DNA of 64,000 bases from Myxococcota bacterium. Lineage in GTDB: Bacteria; Myxococcota_A; UBA9160; UBA6930. The stretch is from NCBI GenBank assembly GCA_965223415.1, contig OZ245002.1:2048001-2112000 (forward strand), read 5' to 3'. The notes beneath the pieces are model-generated. The model had not been told where the DNA came from. It made no database searches and worked only from the letters and a program-made list of their open reading frames with translations. Made by a program: the position numbers and the translations under genes. Numbering within the stretch: the stretch's first letter is position 1; each line of letters starts with the position of its first letter. Of the stretch, positions 1 to 9,820 are shown piece after piece.

Positions 1-396
1 GGGGATGACCGCGAAGTCCCGGTCCTTCGTGCTCGCGGCCTCGTGCACGGTGCCGTAGCGGCGCGCTTCCTTGGCGGCCTTCTCGCTCCAGCTGCCCGTG
101 ACGAGATAGTCGGCGGTCGCGTCGTCGGCGAGCCAGTGGGCCGGCAGCTGGAAGAACTGGGTGGAGGCGCCGCCCTGGAGGAAGAGCACCGCGTAGTCGT
201 CGGGAATGCCTGCGAGCCGCCGGCACCCGGCCTCGGTCTCCTCCGCCACGGCGCTGAAGGCCTTGCCGCGATGGCTGTGCTCCATCACGCCGATGCCCGT
301 GCCGTGCAGGTCCCAGAGGGCCTCCTGCGCGTCGCGCAGGACGTCCTCGGGCAGGGTGGCCGGGCCGGCGGAGAAGTTGAGGGTGCGGTCGCTCAT
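1..396 (-). CDS. serC: Phosphoserine aminotransferase (5' part; runs off window start)
   Basis: Manual translation [16 protein letters not shown]...[11 protein letters not shown]...[12 protein letters not shown]...[17 protein letters not shown] and FLQGGA are SerC motifs. Confidence 0.93.
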   Translation of the reverse strand, partial: MSDRTLNFSAGPATLPEDVLRDAQEALWDLHGTGIGVMEHSHRGKAFSAVAEETEAGCRRLAGIPDDYAVLFLQGGASTQFFQLPAHWLADDATADYLVTGSWSEKAAKEARRYGTVHEAASTKDRDFAVIP

Positions 397-443
397 GGGG
401 GCGGGGATCCTAGCCGGTCACCCTTATTTCAGCTGTCTGCGGT

Positions 444-461
444 ATTGCAGTTCTCTGCAAT
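444..461. promoter_or_regulatory. Putative TetR operator palindrome
   Basis: ATTGCAG-TTCT-CTGCAAT perfect inverted repeat 18 nt upstream of the tetR ATG. Confidence 0.6.
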
Positions 462-479
462 CCATGGTATCCAGGGGTC

Positions 480-1052
480 ATGAACCGCTTCGAGCAGCGC
501 CGCCAGCGCAACCGCGCCGCCCTCCTGGAGGCCGCGATCGAGCTCTTCCAGGCCCAGGGCCTGCGGGCCACCAAGCTGGAGGACATCTGCGAGCGGGCGG
601 ATGTCTCCCCGCGGACCTTCTTCAACCATTTCGAGACCCGCGAGCACCTCTACCGGGCCATCGCCCGGCAGCGGGCGGAGCAGCTGGCCCAGCTGTTCGA
701 CGGGCGGGCCGAAGACGCGCGTCCCTGCGCCCAGCAGCTGCCCGAGCTCTTCGGCGCGATCGGCGCCTACCTCGGGGAGCGGCCGGCCTGGCGGGAGATG
801 GTCGCCGAGATGCTCTCGCAGCGCTTCGAGGACGGCGGCGAGACGGCCCGGATCGGCCAGGCGCTGCAGCGCTTCGTCGAGCGGGGCATCGCCCGCGGCG
901 ACGTGGCCGACCGGCACTCCCCCGAGCTCCTCGCCGAGCTGCTGCTCGGTGCCCTGATCCACGCGCTCGGCCGCTGGTGCGCGAACGAAGACCACGACCT
1001 GGAGGAAGACCTCGGGCGGGCGGCCTGCGCCCTGCTCGAGCTCTTCGCCTGA
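480..1052 (+). CDS. TetR/AcrR family transcriptional regulator
   Basis: N-terminal HTH LLEAAIELF...ICERADVSPRTFFNHF. Confidence 0.92.
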   Translation: MNRFEQRRQRNRAALLEAAIELFQAQGLRATKLEDICERADVSPRTFFNHFETREHLYRAIARQRAEQLAQLFDGRAEDARPCAQQLPELFGAIGAYLGERPAWREMVAEMLSQRFEDGGETARIGQALQRFVERGIARGDVADRHSPELLAELLLGALIHALGRWCANEDHDLEEDLGRAACALLELFA

Positions 1053-1065
1053 TGGAGGACTCCCC

Positions 1066-2487
1066 ATGACCGAGAAGACCCTCGACACCTTCATGAACGA
1101 TCCGATCGGGTACTTCGATCAGTCGATCACCCGGATGCACATGATCCCGCGCGACGAGCTGGAAGGCCTCCAGCGCGAGGCGATGCGCCGGCGCTTCGCC
1201 GAGCACCGCGAGAGCATCGAGATCGTCCGCAACCTGGCGGACCGCCTCGAGATCAAGGAGGTGCGCGAGTTCGACGACATGGCGCCGCTCTTCTTCGCGC
1301 ACACCGCGTTCAAGTCCTATCCGTCGTCGCTGCTCGACAAGAAGCGCTTTGACCTGATGACGGGCTGGCTGCAGAAGCAGACCAGCAAGGACCTCTCCGG
1401 CGTCGACTGCGAGGGCTGCGAAGGCATCGACGACTGGATCGACCGGCTCGACGAAGGCTCCGAGCTGCGGGTGATCACCTCGTCGGGAACGACCGGCACG
1501 ATCAGCATCATCCCCAAGGACGCGGCCGGCGGCTTCTACACCATGCGGCTCTGGCGCCTCTTCCTCTTCCAGCGCTTCGGCGAGGAGCCGAAGCCCGACG
1601 AGATCGACCCGGTGGTCGACGTGATCTGGCCCAACTACGCGAAGGGCAAGCTCGGCCACCTGCGCATGGTGGAGCTGATGAAGCGCGAGTTCACCGGCGA
1701 CGACGAGAGCCGCTTCCACCCGCTCTATCCCGACGCGATCAGCTCGGACCTGATGTTCCTGGCGAGCAAGCTCCGCGCGGCCGCCTCCCGTGGCGAGCTC
1801 GACCGGGTCGAGATCGATCCGAAGCTCGTGGCGCGCAAGACCGAGTTCGAGGCGATGGAGGCGCGGCGCGGCCAGGACATGAACGACTTCTTCGCCCGCA
1901 TGACCTCACAGCTCGCCGGCAAGCGGGTGTTCATGACCGGCACCTACGCGCTCATGTACGAGCTGGCCAAGGGCGCCCTCGAGCGCGGCGTGAAGAACGT
2001 CTTCGCGAAGAACTCGGCGATCCTGACCGGCGGCGGCCTGAAGGGCATGGTCCTGCCCGACGACTACATGGAGGTGATCAAGGACTTCCTGGGCGTCGAC
2101 CGCATCCAGGAGGGCTACGGCATGTCCGAGATCAGCGCGCTGCACTGGGCCTGCGACGAGGGCCGCTACCACGTCCAGCCCTGGGTCATCCCCTACGTGC
2201 TCGACCCGGACACCAGCGAGCCCCTGCCGCGGGAAGGTGTGCAGACCGGACGCGCCGCCTTCTACGACTTCCTCAACCAGAGCCACTGGGGCGGCATCAT
2301 CTCCGGCGACGAGATCACCGTCGATTGGAGCACGCCCTGCCCGTGTGGCCTGGCGAGCGTGCCGATCGCCCACGACATCATGCGCTACAGCGAGAAGCAG
2401 GGCGTGGAGGACGATCGCATCACCTGCAACGCCACCCAGGACGTGCACGACGAGGCGGTGAACTTCCTCAAGGAGATCGAGGCATGA
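1066..2487 (+). CDS. LuxE-like acyl-protein synthetase / ANL-type adenylating enzyme
   Basis: TSSGTTG P-loop, TGGGLKG, GYGMSE, VLDPDT motifs; coupled to a LuxC-like gene. Confidence 0.7.
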   Translation: MTEKTLDTFMNDPIGYFDQSITRMHMIPRDELEGLQREAMRRRFAEHRESIEIVRNLADRLEIKEVREFDDMAPLFFAHTAFKSYPSSLLDKKRFDLMTGWLQKQTSKDLSGVDCEGCEGIDDWIDRLDEGSELRVITSSGTTGTISIIPKDAAGGFYTMRLWRLFLFQRFGEEPKPDEIDPVVDVIWPNYAKGKLGHLRMVELMKREFTGDDESRFHPLYPDAISSDLMFLASKLRAAASRGELDRVEIDPKLVARKTEFEAMEARRGQDMNDFFARMTSQLAGKRVFMTGTYALMYELAKGALERGVKNVFAKNSAILTGGGLKGMVLPDDYMEVIKDFLGVDRIQEGYGMSEISALHWACDEGRYHVQPWVIPYVLDPDTSEPLPREGVQTGRAAFYDFLNQSHWGGIISGDEITVDWSTPCPCGLASVPIAHDIMRYSEKQGVEDDRITCNATQDVHDEAVNFLKEIEA

Positions 2488-3944
2488 GCGACTTCCGGGT
2501 TCCGCTCTTCCTGCGCGGCGAGGTGATCGAGGAGAGTTGGGTCTCCTTCGGGGGGCGCTACGGAGGTGCCTCCTTCGAGGCGCCGGACCCGGCCGCCCAT
2601 GCGGATCGCCTTCCGCTCGGCAGCCCCCTCGACCTGGCCGACCTGTACGAGATCTCCTTCGACGAGATCCTGGACGTGCTCGAGGAGCTGGGCCGCGCCC
2701 TCGACTTCGAGAAGAACGCGCACGTCCGGAAGGCCTACGAAGCGGGGCTCGTGGCCGCGAACTACCCGGCCTCGATCCTGAAGAACAGCTACACCACCCT
2801 GCCCTACGCCTTCGATCGCGAAGCGATCCGCGAGCTGGCCGAGACGCGCATTGGCATCGACCACCTGGAGGGCTGGGTGCCGCGCACGCTTCGGGACGGC
2901 CGGGAGATCCGCGTGCGCGCCTTCGGGGCGCGGGCGCTGCACATCCCGGCGGGCAACGGTGGGCTCGTCTCCGCGATCACGATCATCCGCAATGCGATCA
3001 CCCGCAGCGACGCCATCGTGAAGGTGCCGTCGAACGATCCGCTCACGGCCGTGGCCATTGCCCGCACCCTGGCCGACGTCGCGCCGAACCACCCGCTGAC
3101 GAAGCACCTGGCCGTCGCCTACTGGAAGGGCGGCGACACGGCCGTGGAGGAGAAGCTCTTCCGCCCCGAGCACGTCGAGAAGGTGGTGGCGTGGGGTGGC
3201 TTCCGCTCGGTCAAGCACGTGACCCGCTACATCCAGCCTGGCCTCGAGATGATCGCCCTCGATCCCAAGCGGAGCGCCACGATCATCGGGCCCGAAGCCT
3301 TCGAGAGCGACGCCAACCTTGACGAGGTGGCCGCACGAGCGGCCTGCGACATTGGCATGGCGAACCAGGAGGCCTGCGCGAGCGCGCGGGTGGTCTACGT
3401 GCTGTGCGGGAGCGACGCCCAGGGCATCGAGGCCGCCAACCGGCTCGGCGAGCGCATCTACGCGAAGCTCCTCGAGCTGCCCGAGCACATCAGCACGAAG
3501 CCCCGCAGCTTCGACCGGGAGCTGCGCGATCACCTGGAGGCGTCGCGCATGACCGGGGACTGGTACCGGGTGATCGGCGGCGAGGAGAACGAAGGCGCGA
3601 TCATCGTGTCCCAGATGGACGAGGCGGTGGACTACGCGCCCCTGCTCTCGGGCCGCGTCGCCAACCTCGTGCCCGTGGACGACGTGAAGAAGGTGACCGA
3701 CGCGGTGAACGCCTACACCCAGACCGTGGGCATCTATCCCGAGCGCCTGAAGCGCGAGCTGCGCGACCAGCTGCCGCTGTTCGGCGCCCAGCGCCTCACC
3801 TCCCTGGGGTACGCCTGCCACGTGACGACCGCCATGCCCCAGGACGCCATCGAGCCCCTGCGCCGCATGTGCAAGTGGATCGTGGACGAGGAGTGCGATC
3901 CGGAGAAGGTGTTCCCGATGTGGAAGGCGCCGGCGAGCGCCTAG
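2484..3944 (+). CDS. LuxC-like acyl-CoA reductase
   Basis: ATGA overlap with upstream gene; HIPAGN, YWKGG, AWGG and NQEACAS (catalytic Cys) motifs. Confidence 0.85.
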   Translation: MSDFRVPLFLRGEVIEESWVSFGGRYGGASFEAPDPAAHADRLPLGSPLDLADLYEISFDEILDVLEELGRALDFEKNAHVRKAYEAGLVAANYPASILKNSYTTLPYAFDREAIRELAETRIGIDHLEGWVPRTLRDGREIRVRAFGARALHIPAGNGGLVSAITIIRNAITRSDAIVKVPSNDPLTAVAIARTLADVAPNHPLTKHLAVAYWKGGDTAVEEKLFRPEHVEKVVAWGGFRSVKHVTRYIQPGLEMIALDPKRSATIIGPEAFESDANLDEVAARAACDIGMANQEACASARVVYVLCGSDAQGIEAANRLGERIYAKLLELPEHISTKPRSFDRELRDHLEASRMTGDWYRVIGGEENEGAIIVSQMDEAVDYAPLLSGRVANLVPVDDVKKVTDAVNAYTQTVGIYPERLKRELRDQLPLFGAQRLTSLGYACHVTTAMPQDAIEPLRRMCKWIVDEECDPEKVFPMWKAPASA

Positions 3945-6895
3945 GTTTCTGCGGGCGGGAGCACCCGGTCGTACACCTCGCGGATCGCGTCGGTGTGGCG
4001 AGCGTAGTCGTCGAGGAGCGGGAGGCGCGCGGTGCCGCTGCGTTCGGAGACGGCGTAGCCCAGGGAGCGGGCCACCGAATCGAGATCGGCGCGGTCGCGC
4101 TCGAGATCGGCGATCGAGCGGTTCTCGACCACGCGCAGGCGGCTCGAGAGGCGCTGGAGGAATGCCCAGCCCTCGGCGAGGACGCGGGCGTCCTCCTCGG
4201 GGAGGAGACCCTTCGCGGCGAGATCGGCGAGGGTCTGCTCGGTGCGCCGCGGGGCGAGGAGCTCCGGGTGCTCGGCACCGTGCCGCAGCTGCAGCCACTG
4301 GCAGGTGCTCTCCACGTCGAGGAGGCCGCCGCGGCCGGTCTTCAGGTTGCGGCGGCCCTCGGTCTCCTGGGCGAGCTCCTGCTGGATGCGGCCGCGGATG
4401 CGCCGGATCTCGGCGCCGGCGCCTTCCGGGAGCGGCGCCGAGAGGAACGCGCGGCGCAGGGCCTCGAAGCGCTCGGCCAGGGCGTCGCTGCCCACGACCG
4501 GGCGCGCGCGCAGCAGCGCCTGCCGCTCCCAGATGGCGGCGACGTCGGTGCCGGTCTCGCCGCGGTGATAGCGCTCGAAGGACGCCAGGGAGGTGACGAG
4601 CATGCCCTGGTTGCCGGAGGGGCGGAGCCGCGCGTCCACCTCGTAGCAGACGCCCTGGGCGGTGCGGGTCTGGAGCGCCCAGCCGAGCTTCTGGGCGAGG
4701 CGCACGTAGGCCTCCTGGGCCTCCATCACGCGCAGCGGATCGCCTCCGGGCAGGTCGTAGAGGAAGATGACGTCGAGGTCGCTGCCGTAGCCGAGCTCGC
4801 GGCTGCCGAGCTTGCCCATGCCGACGACGAGGAACTCTCCCTCTTCGACCCAGGCCGCGCTCTTCGGCGTGCGGGCGAGCTGGGCGTGGGCGACGCGCAG
4901 GGCGTCCTCGAGGCAGACCTCGGCCAGGTCGCTGAGCGCAGTCTCGACCTGGGCCGCGTCGACGACGCCCGACAGGTCGAGGAGCCCGATGTTCACCAGC
5001 TCGCGCTGCTGGAAGAGGCGCAGGGCGGCCAGGTCGGTCTCCTCGTCGGCGCCACCGCGACGCTCGCCCTCCTGGCGGCCCAGGAGCGCCAGGCCTTCAC
5101 GCAGCTCGTCCTTGCCGAGCAGGAGCTTCTTCGGATCGTCGAAGAGCGGCTCGATCAGCTCGGGCAGGCTGGCGACGACGCTCGAGAGGGTGCGCGACGC
5201 GGCGAAGAGCGAGACCAGGCGCGCGATCAGCTCCGGGCGGTCCGCCAGGAGGCCGTAGTAGAAGGTGCGCGCGCCTACGCCCTCGGCGAAGCGCTCCAGG
5301 TTGGCCATGGCGCGTTCCGGATCGGCGCTGCGGTCGACCTCAGTGGCGAAGCGCTGGGCCAGCGCCTCGAGGAGCTGGCGGTTCTCGGGGCCGACGGCGA
5401 TGCGCGGCGCCGCGCGGGCGAAGAGGTCGAGCACGCGGCCGGCGCCGCTCTCGCGGAACAGTGCCTCGAAGTGCTTGCGCACCTTGCCGGTGTGGAGGGC
5501 CAGGGCTTCGTCGAGGCGGGCGCAGGCGTCGTCGCCCGGGAAGAGGGTGCGCGCCAGGCGCTCCCGGGCGGGCCCCGGAGGCGGCAGGCGATGGGTCTGG
5601 CGCTCCCCTTCCATCTGGATCCGGTTCTCGACGCGGCGCAGGAAGCGGTAGGCCGCGAGCAGCTCGTCGCGGGCCTTCGGCGGAAGCGCGCCGACGTCGG
5701 CCAGCGCGTCCAGGGCGCGCGGCGCCGAGCGGCCGCGCACCTGGGGGATGCGACCGCCGTGCAGGAGCTGGAGCGCCTGGGCCACGAACTCCACGTCTCG
5801 GATGCCGCCGGTGCCGATCTTCACGTGGAAGCGCTCCGGGTCGCCGGCGTGGGCATCCTCGATCTTGGCCTTCATCTCGCGGATGGCGTCGACGGTCTTC
5901 AGGTCGACGGAGGACTGGTAGATCATCGGGTCGATGGCGCGGGCCAGCTGCCAGCCCAGCTCGACATCCCCGGCGACCGGACGCGCCTTCATGAAGGCGG
6001 CCTTCTCCCAGGTGGCAGCCCAGCCGTCGTAGTAGTCGGCGAGTGCGTTGGAGGAGGAGACGATGGCGCCCTGGCCGCCCTCGGGACGGAGGTCGAGATC
6101 GATGCGCTCGAGGAACCCCTCCGGCGTCGGCCCGACCAGTTTGCCGAAGCGGACAGCGAGGCGCGTGAAGTACTCGAGGGGGGAGAGGTCGTCGGGGCCG
6201 CCGGCGAGGGGCTCGCTACCGGGCGGTGGGCTCTCGTAGACGTAGACCAGGTCGACGTCGCTCGAGTAGTTGAGCTCCTCGCCGCCGAGCTTGCCGAGGC
6301 CGAGCACGACGAAGCGCAGGGGGTGCTCGGTGCCGTCGGCGCCGCGCCAGACCGGCGGGCCGAGCCCGGCTTCGAGCTCCGCGGCCACGTGGCGGAGCGC
6401 GGCCGCCAGCAGCACCTCGGCGAGGGAGGAGAGCTCGGCCAGGGTCTCGCCGACCTGCTCGACGGGGACGAGGCTCCCGTCCGCCTCCCGGGCGCTGATG
6501 CGCAGGAGCTCGTCGTACTTGAAGCGGCGCAGCTCGTCGGCGACGCCGGCGGGTGTGGCCTCGGCGAGGCGGGCGCCGAGGCGCGTCGCGAGCTCGTCGC
6601 GGGTGGCGGGCCGGGCGAGGTCGTCGGCGGCGAGGGCCAGCAGGCACGCGGGCCTCGTGCGCAGGGTCGCGGCGAGAAAGGGAGCGGTGCCGCAGCAGCC
6701 CGCGAGGACGCGGCGGAGGTTCTCCGGGTGGGCGCCCACGGCGCGAGCCAGGGCCTCGGCGTCGTGGGCCGCCGCGGCCTCGAGCACGTCGGTCGCCCGG
6801 CGCAGAGTGGCCTCGGGCTCCGGGCCCGGGGCCAGGGCGGCTTCCAGGCCGAGCATTTCGAGGGCGCGGGCAGCAGCGTCGGCCGAGGTCGTCAC
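3941..6895 (-). CDS. glnE: Bifunctional glutamine synthetase adenylyltransferase/deadenylylase
   Basis: Two nucleotidyltransferase domains: GKLGGEELNYSSDVD...DLRPEG and GKLGSRELGYGSDLD...DARLRPSG; 984 aa. Confidence 0.95.
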   Translation of the reverse strand: MTTSADAAARALEMLGLEAALAPGPEPEATLRRATDVLEAAAAHDAEALARAVGAHPENLRRVLAGCCGTAPFLAATLRTRPACLLALAADDLARPATRDELATRLGARLAEATPAGVADELRRFKYDELLRISAREADGSLVPVEQVGETLAELSSLAEVLLAAALRHVAAELEAGLGPPVWRGADGTEHPLRFVVLGLGKLGGEELNYSSDVDLVYVYESPPPGSEPLAGGPDDLSPLEYFTRLAVRFGKLVGPTPEGFLERIDLDLRPEGGQGAIVSSSNALADYYDGWAATWEKAAFMKARPVAGDVELGWQLARAIDPMIYQSSVDLKTVDAIREMKAKIEDAHAGDPERFHVKIGTGGIRDVEFVAQALQLLHGGRIPQVRGRSAPRALDALADVGALPPKARDELLAAYRFLRRVENRIQMEGERQTHRLPPPGPARERLARTLFPGDDACARLDEALALHTGKVRKHFEALFRESGAGRVLDLFARAAPRIAVGPENRQLLEALAQRFATEVDRSADPERAMANLERFAEGVGARTFYYGLLADRPELIARLVSLFAASRTLSSVVASLPELIEPLFDDPKKLLLGKDELREGLALLGRQEGERRGGADEETDLAALRLFQQRELVNIGLLDLSGVVDAAQVETALSDLAEVCLEDALRVAHAQLARTPKSAAWVEEGEFLVVGMGKLGSRELGYGSDLDVIFLYDLPGGDPLRVMEAQEAYVRLAQKLGWALQTRTAQGVCYEVDARLRPSGNQGMLVTSLASFERYHRGETGTDVAAIWERQALLRARPVVGSDALAERFEALRRAFLSAPLPEGAGAEIRRIRGRIQQELAQETEGRRNLKTGRGGLLDVESTCQWLQLRHGAEHPELLAPRRTEQTLADLAAKGLLPEEDARVLAEGWAFLQRLSSRLRVVENRSIADLERDRADLDSVARSLGYAVSERSGTARLPLLDDYARHTDAIREVYDRVLPPAET

Positions 6896-6921
6896 GGCGG
6901 GAATATGTAGGATGGCGCTGC

Positions 6922-7296
6922 ATGAGCAACGGGACCGAAGTGTTGGAGCGGGTCGCCCAGGCCGGCGGGCGCCTGCTGCGGGTCGAGCGGGAGCCCGCGC
7001 CCGGGCCGGGCGGCGCGCTGCGCTCGCGGCGGCTGCGGCTCACCTTCGACGTGGGCGCGGTGGAGCTGCGGGCGGCGCCGGAGGGGCTCGCCGCGGGGGA
7101 TGGCGGGGATCGGCCGGGCCTGCTTGGCGCAGACGAGGACGAGCCCTGGTGGACGGTGATCGGCAATCCCCTCACCCGGGTCGCGCCCCACGAGGAGCGA
7201 GGCTGTCTGGTGCAGTTCCGGCAGGACGAGGCCTCGCCGAAGCTGATGATCCTGGTGCCGGACGGGGATACGGTGGAGGTTCGCGTGGTGATCTGA
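6922..7296 (+). CDS. Hypothetical protein (124 aa)
   Basis: ATG at 6922 divergent from glnE; host-like codon usage. Confidence 0.6.
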   Translation: MSNGTEVLERVAQAGGRLLRVEREPAPGPGGALRSRRLRLTFDVGAVELRAAPEGLAAGDGGDRPGLLGADEDEPWWTVIGNPLTRVAPHEERGCLVQFRQDEASPKLMILVPDGDTVEVRVVI

Positions 7297-7372
7297 GGGG
7301 TTGCGAGCTGAGTTGCGCATCCCGGACGGGTGCCCCGTGACACCCGGTGGCCCGAGCGGGCCACTCCCTCGT

Positions 7373-7624
7373 ATGGCCAGGAAGCATCGCGTCCTTCGTA
7401 AGGGTCCCCGGACCGTCCTCCCCAGCTCGTTTCTGATCAAGGCGCTGGCCGTCCAGGGCCGCCGCTACGAGTGCGACAACTGCGGCGACACCATGTTCGT
7501 CCGCTACGAGTCGGGCCTCTGCCCCCTCTGCTACAACGGTCGCCGCAGCCCCGGGGACCTTCCCCTCCGCGCCCTCCCCGAGCACCTCGCCCTCGCCGGC
7601 CTCCCCGACGACCTCGAGCGTTAA
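7373..7624 (+). CDS. Small putative zinc-ribbon protein
   Basis: CDNC-x12-CPLC in an 83-aa ORF. Confidence 0.6.
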   Translation: MARKHRVLRKGPRTVLPSSFLIKALAVQGRRYECDNCGDTMFVRYESGLCPLCYNGRRSPGDLPLRALPEHLALAGLPDDLER

Positions 7625-7655
7625 GATAGGGGCCGGTTCCATTCGTTAAGTTGTT
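7620..7655 (+). repeat. Left arm of 36-bp inverted repeat flanking the histidine phosphatase gene
   Basis: GTTAAGATAGGGGCCGGTTCCATTCGTTAAGTTGTT; reverse complement at 8268-8303 with 2 mismatches. Confidence 0.92.
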
Positions 7656-7661
7656 CGCCCT

Positions 7662-8264
7662 ATGGCGATCTATCTGATTCGCCACGGGGAGACGGCGCTC
7701 AACGCGAACCGGACGGTGCAGGTGCCGGAGACGCCGCTGTCCGAGCATGGGCTGGCGCAGGCGGCGCGGCTGGCGGCGCGCCTGGCAGGCGAGGAGATCG
7801 CCTGCGTGCTGGCGAGCGACTACGCGCGGGCGGCGATGACCGCGGAGGCGGTGCAGCGCGCCACCGGCGCGCCGCTCGAGTCCGAGCCCCTGCTGCGCGA
7901 GCGCAACCTCGGAGACCTGCGCGGCCGGCCCTACGCCGAGTTCGACTTCGATCCGTTCGCGCCGGACTACGCCCCGCCGAACGGCGAGAGCTGGGAGGCG
8001 TTCCACGAGCGCGTCGACCGGGCCTGGGAGCGGGTCGCCGAGACCCGGGCCCGGGTCGGGGGCAACCTGGCCGTCGTCACCCACGGGCTCGTCTGCATGT
8101 CCGTCGTTTCGCGGATCGTCGCTGAGGGAAGCTCCGCGAGCCAGCTCGGAGGCTGGATCAACACCTCGGTGACCATCCTGGAGAGCGAGCCGCCGTGGAC
8201 CGTGCGCCTGCTCAACTGCGCCCGCCACCTCGACGACGACGCCGAGGCCAAGGGCCCCGCGTAG
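7662..8264 (+). CDS. Histidine phosphatase (phosphoglycerate mutase family)
   Basis: LIRHGET, SDYARA, LRERNLG, PNGES, VTHG motifs. Confidence 0.92.
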   Translation: MAIYLIRHGETALNANRTVQVPETPLSEHGLAQAARLAARLAGEEIACVLASDYARAAMTAEAVQRATGAPLESEPLLRERNLGDLRGRPYAEFDFDPFAPDYAPPNGESWEAFHERVDRAWERVAETRARVGGNLAVVTHGLVCMSVVSRIVAEGSSASQLGGWINTSVTILESEPPWTVRLLNCARHLDDDAEAKGPA

Positions 8265-8267
8265 CGC

Positions 8268-8303
8268 AACAACTTAACGAATGGAACCGGCCCCTTACTT
8301 AAC
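8268..8303 (-). repeat. Right arm of 36-bp inverted repeat
   Basis: AACAACTTAACGAATGGAACCGGCCCCTTACTTAAC. Confidence 0.92.
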
Positions 8304-9440
8304 GGCGCCGGTGTCGCGGAGCTTCTGGACGTCTTCGGGGGTGAGGCCCCAGGCGGTGAGGCCTTCGGCGGTGTGCTGGCCCGGGTGGGGGGCAGGGCCG
8401 GAGATCTCGGGGGCGGTGCGGCTGAAGCGCGGGGCGGGCGCGGGCTGGGGGATGCCGGCGACCTCGGTGAAGGTGCCACGCAGCTTGTTGTGGGGGTGCT
8501 CGTAGGCCTCGCCGATGTTGAGCACCGGCGCGTAGCAGACGTCGGTCCCCTCCATGATCTCGTTCCACTCGTCGCGCGTCTTGGACTTGAAGATCGCGGT
8601 CAGGCGCTCCTTCATCGCGCCCCACTGGCCGCGGTCCATCTGGTGCGGGAGCTCCTCGCCCTCGAGGCCGGAGAGGCGGATCAGCTCGGCGTAGAACTGG
8701 GGCTCGATCGAGCCGATCGAGACGTACTCGCCGTCCTTCGTCTCGTAGGTGTCGTAGAAGTGGGCGCCGGTGTCGAGCAGGTTCGTGCCGCGCTCGTCGT
8801 TCCAGGCGCCGATCTGGCGGAAGCCGTGCATCATCGCCATCAGCACGGCGGAGCCATCGACCATGGCTGCGTCGACCACCTGGCCCCCGCCGGACGTCGC
8901 GCGCTCGACCAGCGCCGCCACGATGCCGAAGGCCAGGAACATGCCGCCGCCGCCGAAATCGCCAACCAGGTTGAGGGGTGCCAGCGGCTTCTCGCCCTTG
9001 CGGCCGATGTGCCCGAGCGTCCCCGAGAGGGCGATGTAGTTGATGTCGTGGCCCGCGGCCTGGGACATCGGCCCCTCCTGGCCGAAGCCGGTCATGCGGC
9101 CGTAGACGAGGCGCGGATTGCGCTCCAGGCAGACGTCCGGCCCGAGGCCCAGCCGCTCCATCACCCCCGGGCGAAATCCCTCCATCAGGACGTCCGCCTG
9201 GTCGACGAGACGGAGGATGGTGGCGACACCCTCGGGGTGCTTGAGATCCACGCCCACGCTGCGGCGGCCGCGGTTGAGCAGATCCGCCGAGGGTGTGTCC
9301 GGGATCTCGTCTCGGACCGAGCCGGCCCGATCGATACGGAGCACGTCGGCCCCCATGTCGGCGAGCATCATCGCGCAGAAGGGCCCGGGGCCGATTCCCG
9401 CGATCTCGATCACCTTGATTCCGCTGAGGGGGCCAGACAT
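8295..9440 (-). CDS. CaiB/BaiF family CoA-transferase / alpha-methylacyl-CoA racemase
   Basis: GPLSGIKVIEIAGIGPGPF, EGFRPGV, GHDINY, NLVGDFGGG. Confidence 0.93.
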   Translation of the reverse strand: MSGPLSGIKVIEIAGIGPGPFCAMMLADMGADVLRIDRAGSVRDEIPDTPSADLLNRGRRSVGVDLKHPEGVATILRLVDQADVLMEGFRPGVMERLGLGPDVCLERNPRLVYGRMTGFGQEGPMSQAAGHDINYIALSGTLGHIGRKGEKPLAPLNLVGDFGGGGMFLAFGIVAALVERATSGGGQVVDAAMVDGSAVLMAMMHGFRQIGAWNDERGTNLLDTGAHFYDTYETKDGEYVSIGSIEPQFYAELIRLSGLEGEELPHQMDRGQWGAMKERLTAIFKSKTRDEWNEIMEGTDVCYAPVLNIGEAYEHPHNKLRGTFTEVAGIPQPAPAPRFSRTAPEISGPAPHPGQHTAEGLTAWGLTPEDVQKLRDTGAVK

Positions 9441-9475
9441 CACAGAACTCCTTGCGAGGGGCGGCGATGATACCG

Positions 9476-9787
9476 CTACTGAGGCAGCTCGAGCCTCGGC
9501 TCCAGGGGGTGGGGTCGGTAGAGGATCACCGTATGCCCCACCAATCCGCACAGCTCGGCCCCGGCGCGCTCCGCCAGGTCCCGGGCGGCCGCCTTCTTGT
9601 CTTCCGGCTGGGTGAGGCGGACCTTGATCAGCTCGTGGGCCAGGAGCGCCTGGTCGACGGCGCCAAGCACCGCCTGGCTGAGCCCCGCCTCGCCCACCTG
9701 GACCACCGGGCGCAGGGAGTGAGCGCGCGCACGAAGCCACTTGCGCTGGGCGCCGCCGAGGGAGGGATGGGGGTTTTCCTGGGCCAC
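9476..9787 (-). CDS. yhbY: YhbY/CRM RNA-binding protein
   Basis: LRARAHSLRPVVQVG...HELIKV...GHTVILYR. Confidence 0.9.
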   Translation of the reverse strand: MAQENPHPSLGGAQRKWLRARAHSLRPVVQVGEAGLSQAVLGAVDQALLAHELIKVRLTQPEDKKAAARDLAERAGAELCGLVGHTVILYRPHPLEPRLELPQ

Positions 9788-9820
9788 GGGGAGCGGGACA
9801 GGCTAGCATGCGCCCCCGTC

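Noticed and set aside
1066..3944. Bioluminescence (lux) operon
   Set aside because: No luxA, luxB or luxD in the window.
3404..6910. 1168-aa plus-strand ORF and many other long overlapping ORFs
   Set aside because: Antisense or off-frame shadows of real genes (here glnE), expected in high-GC DNA; no motifs.
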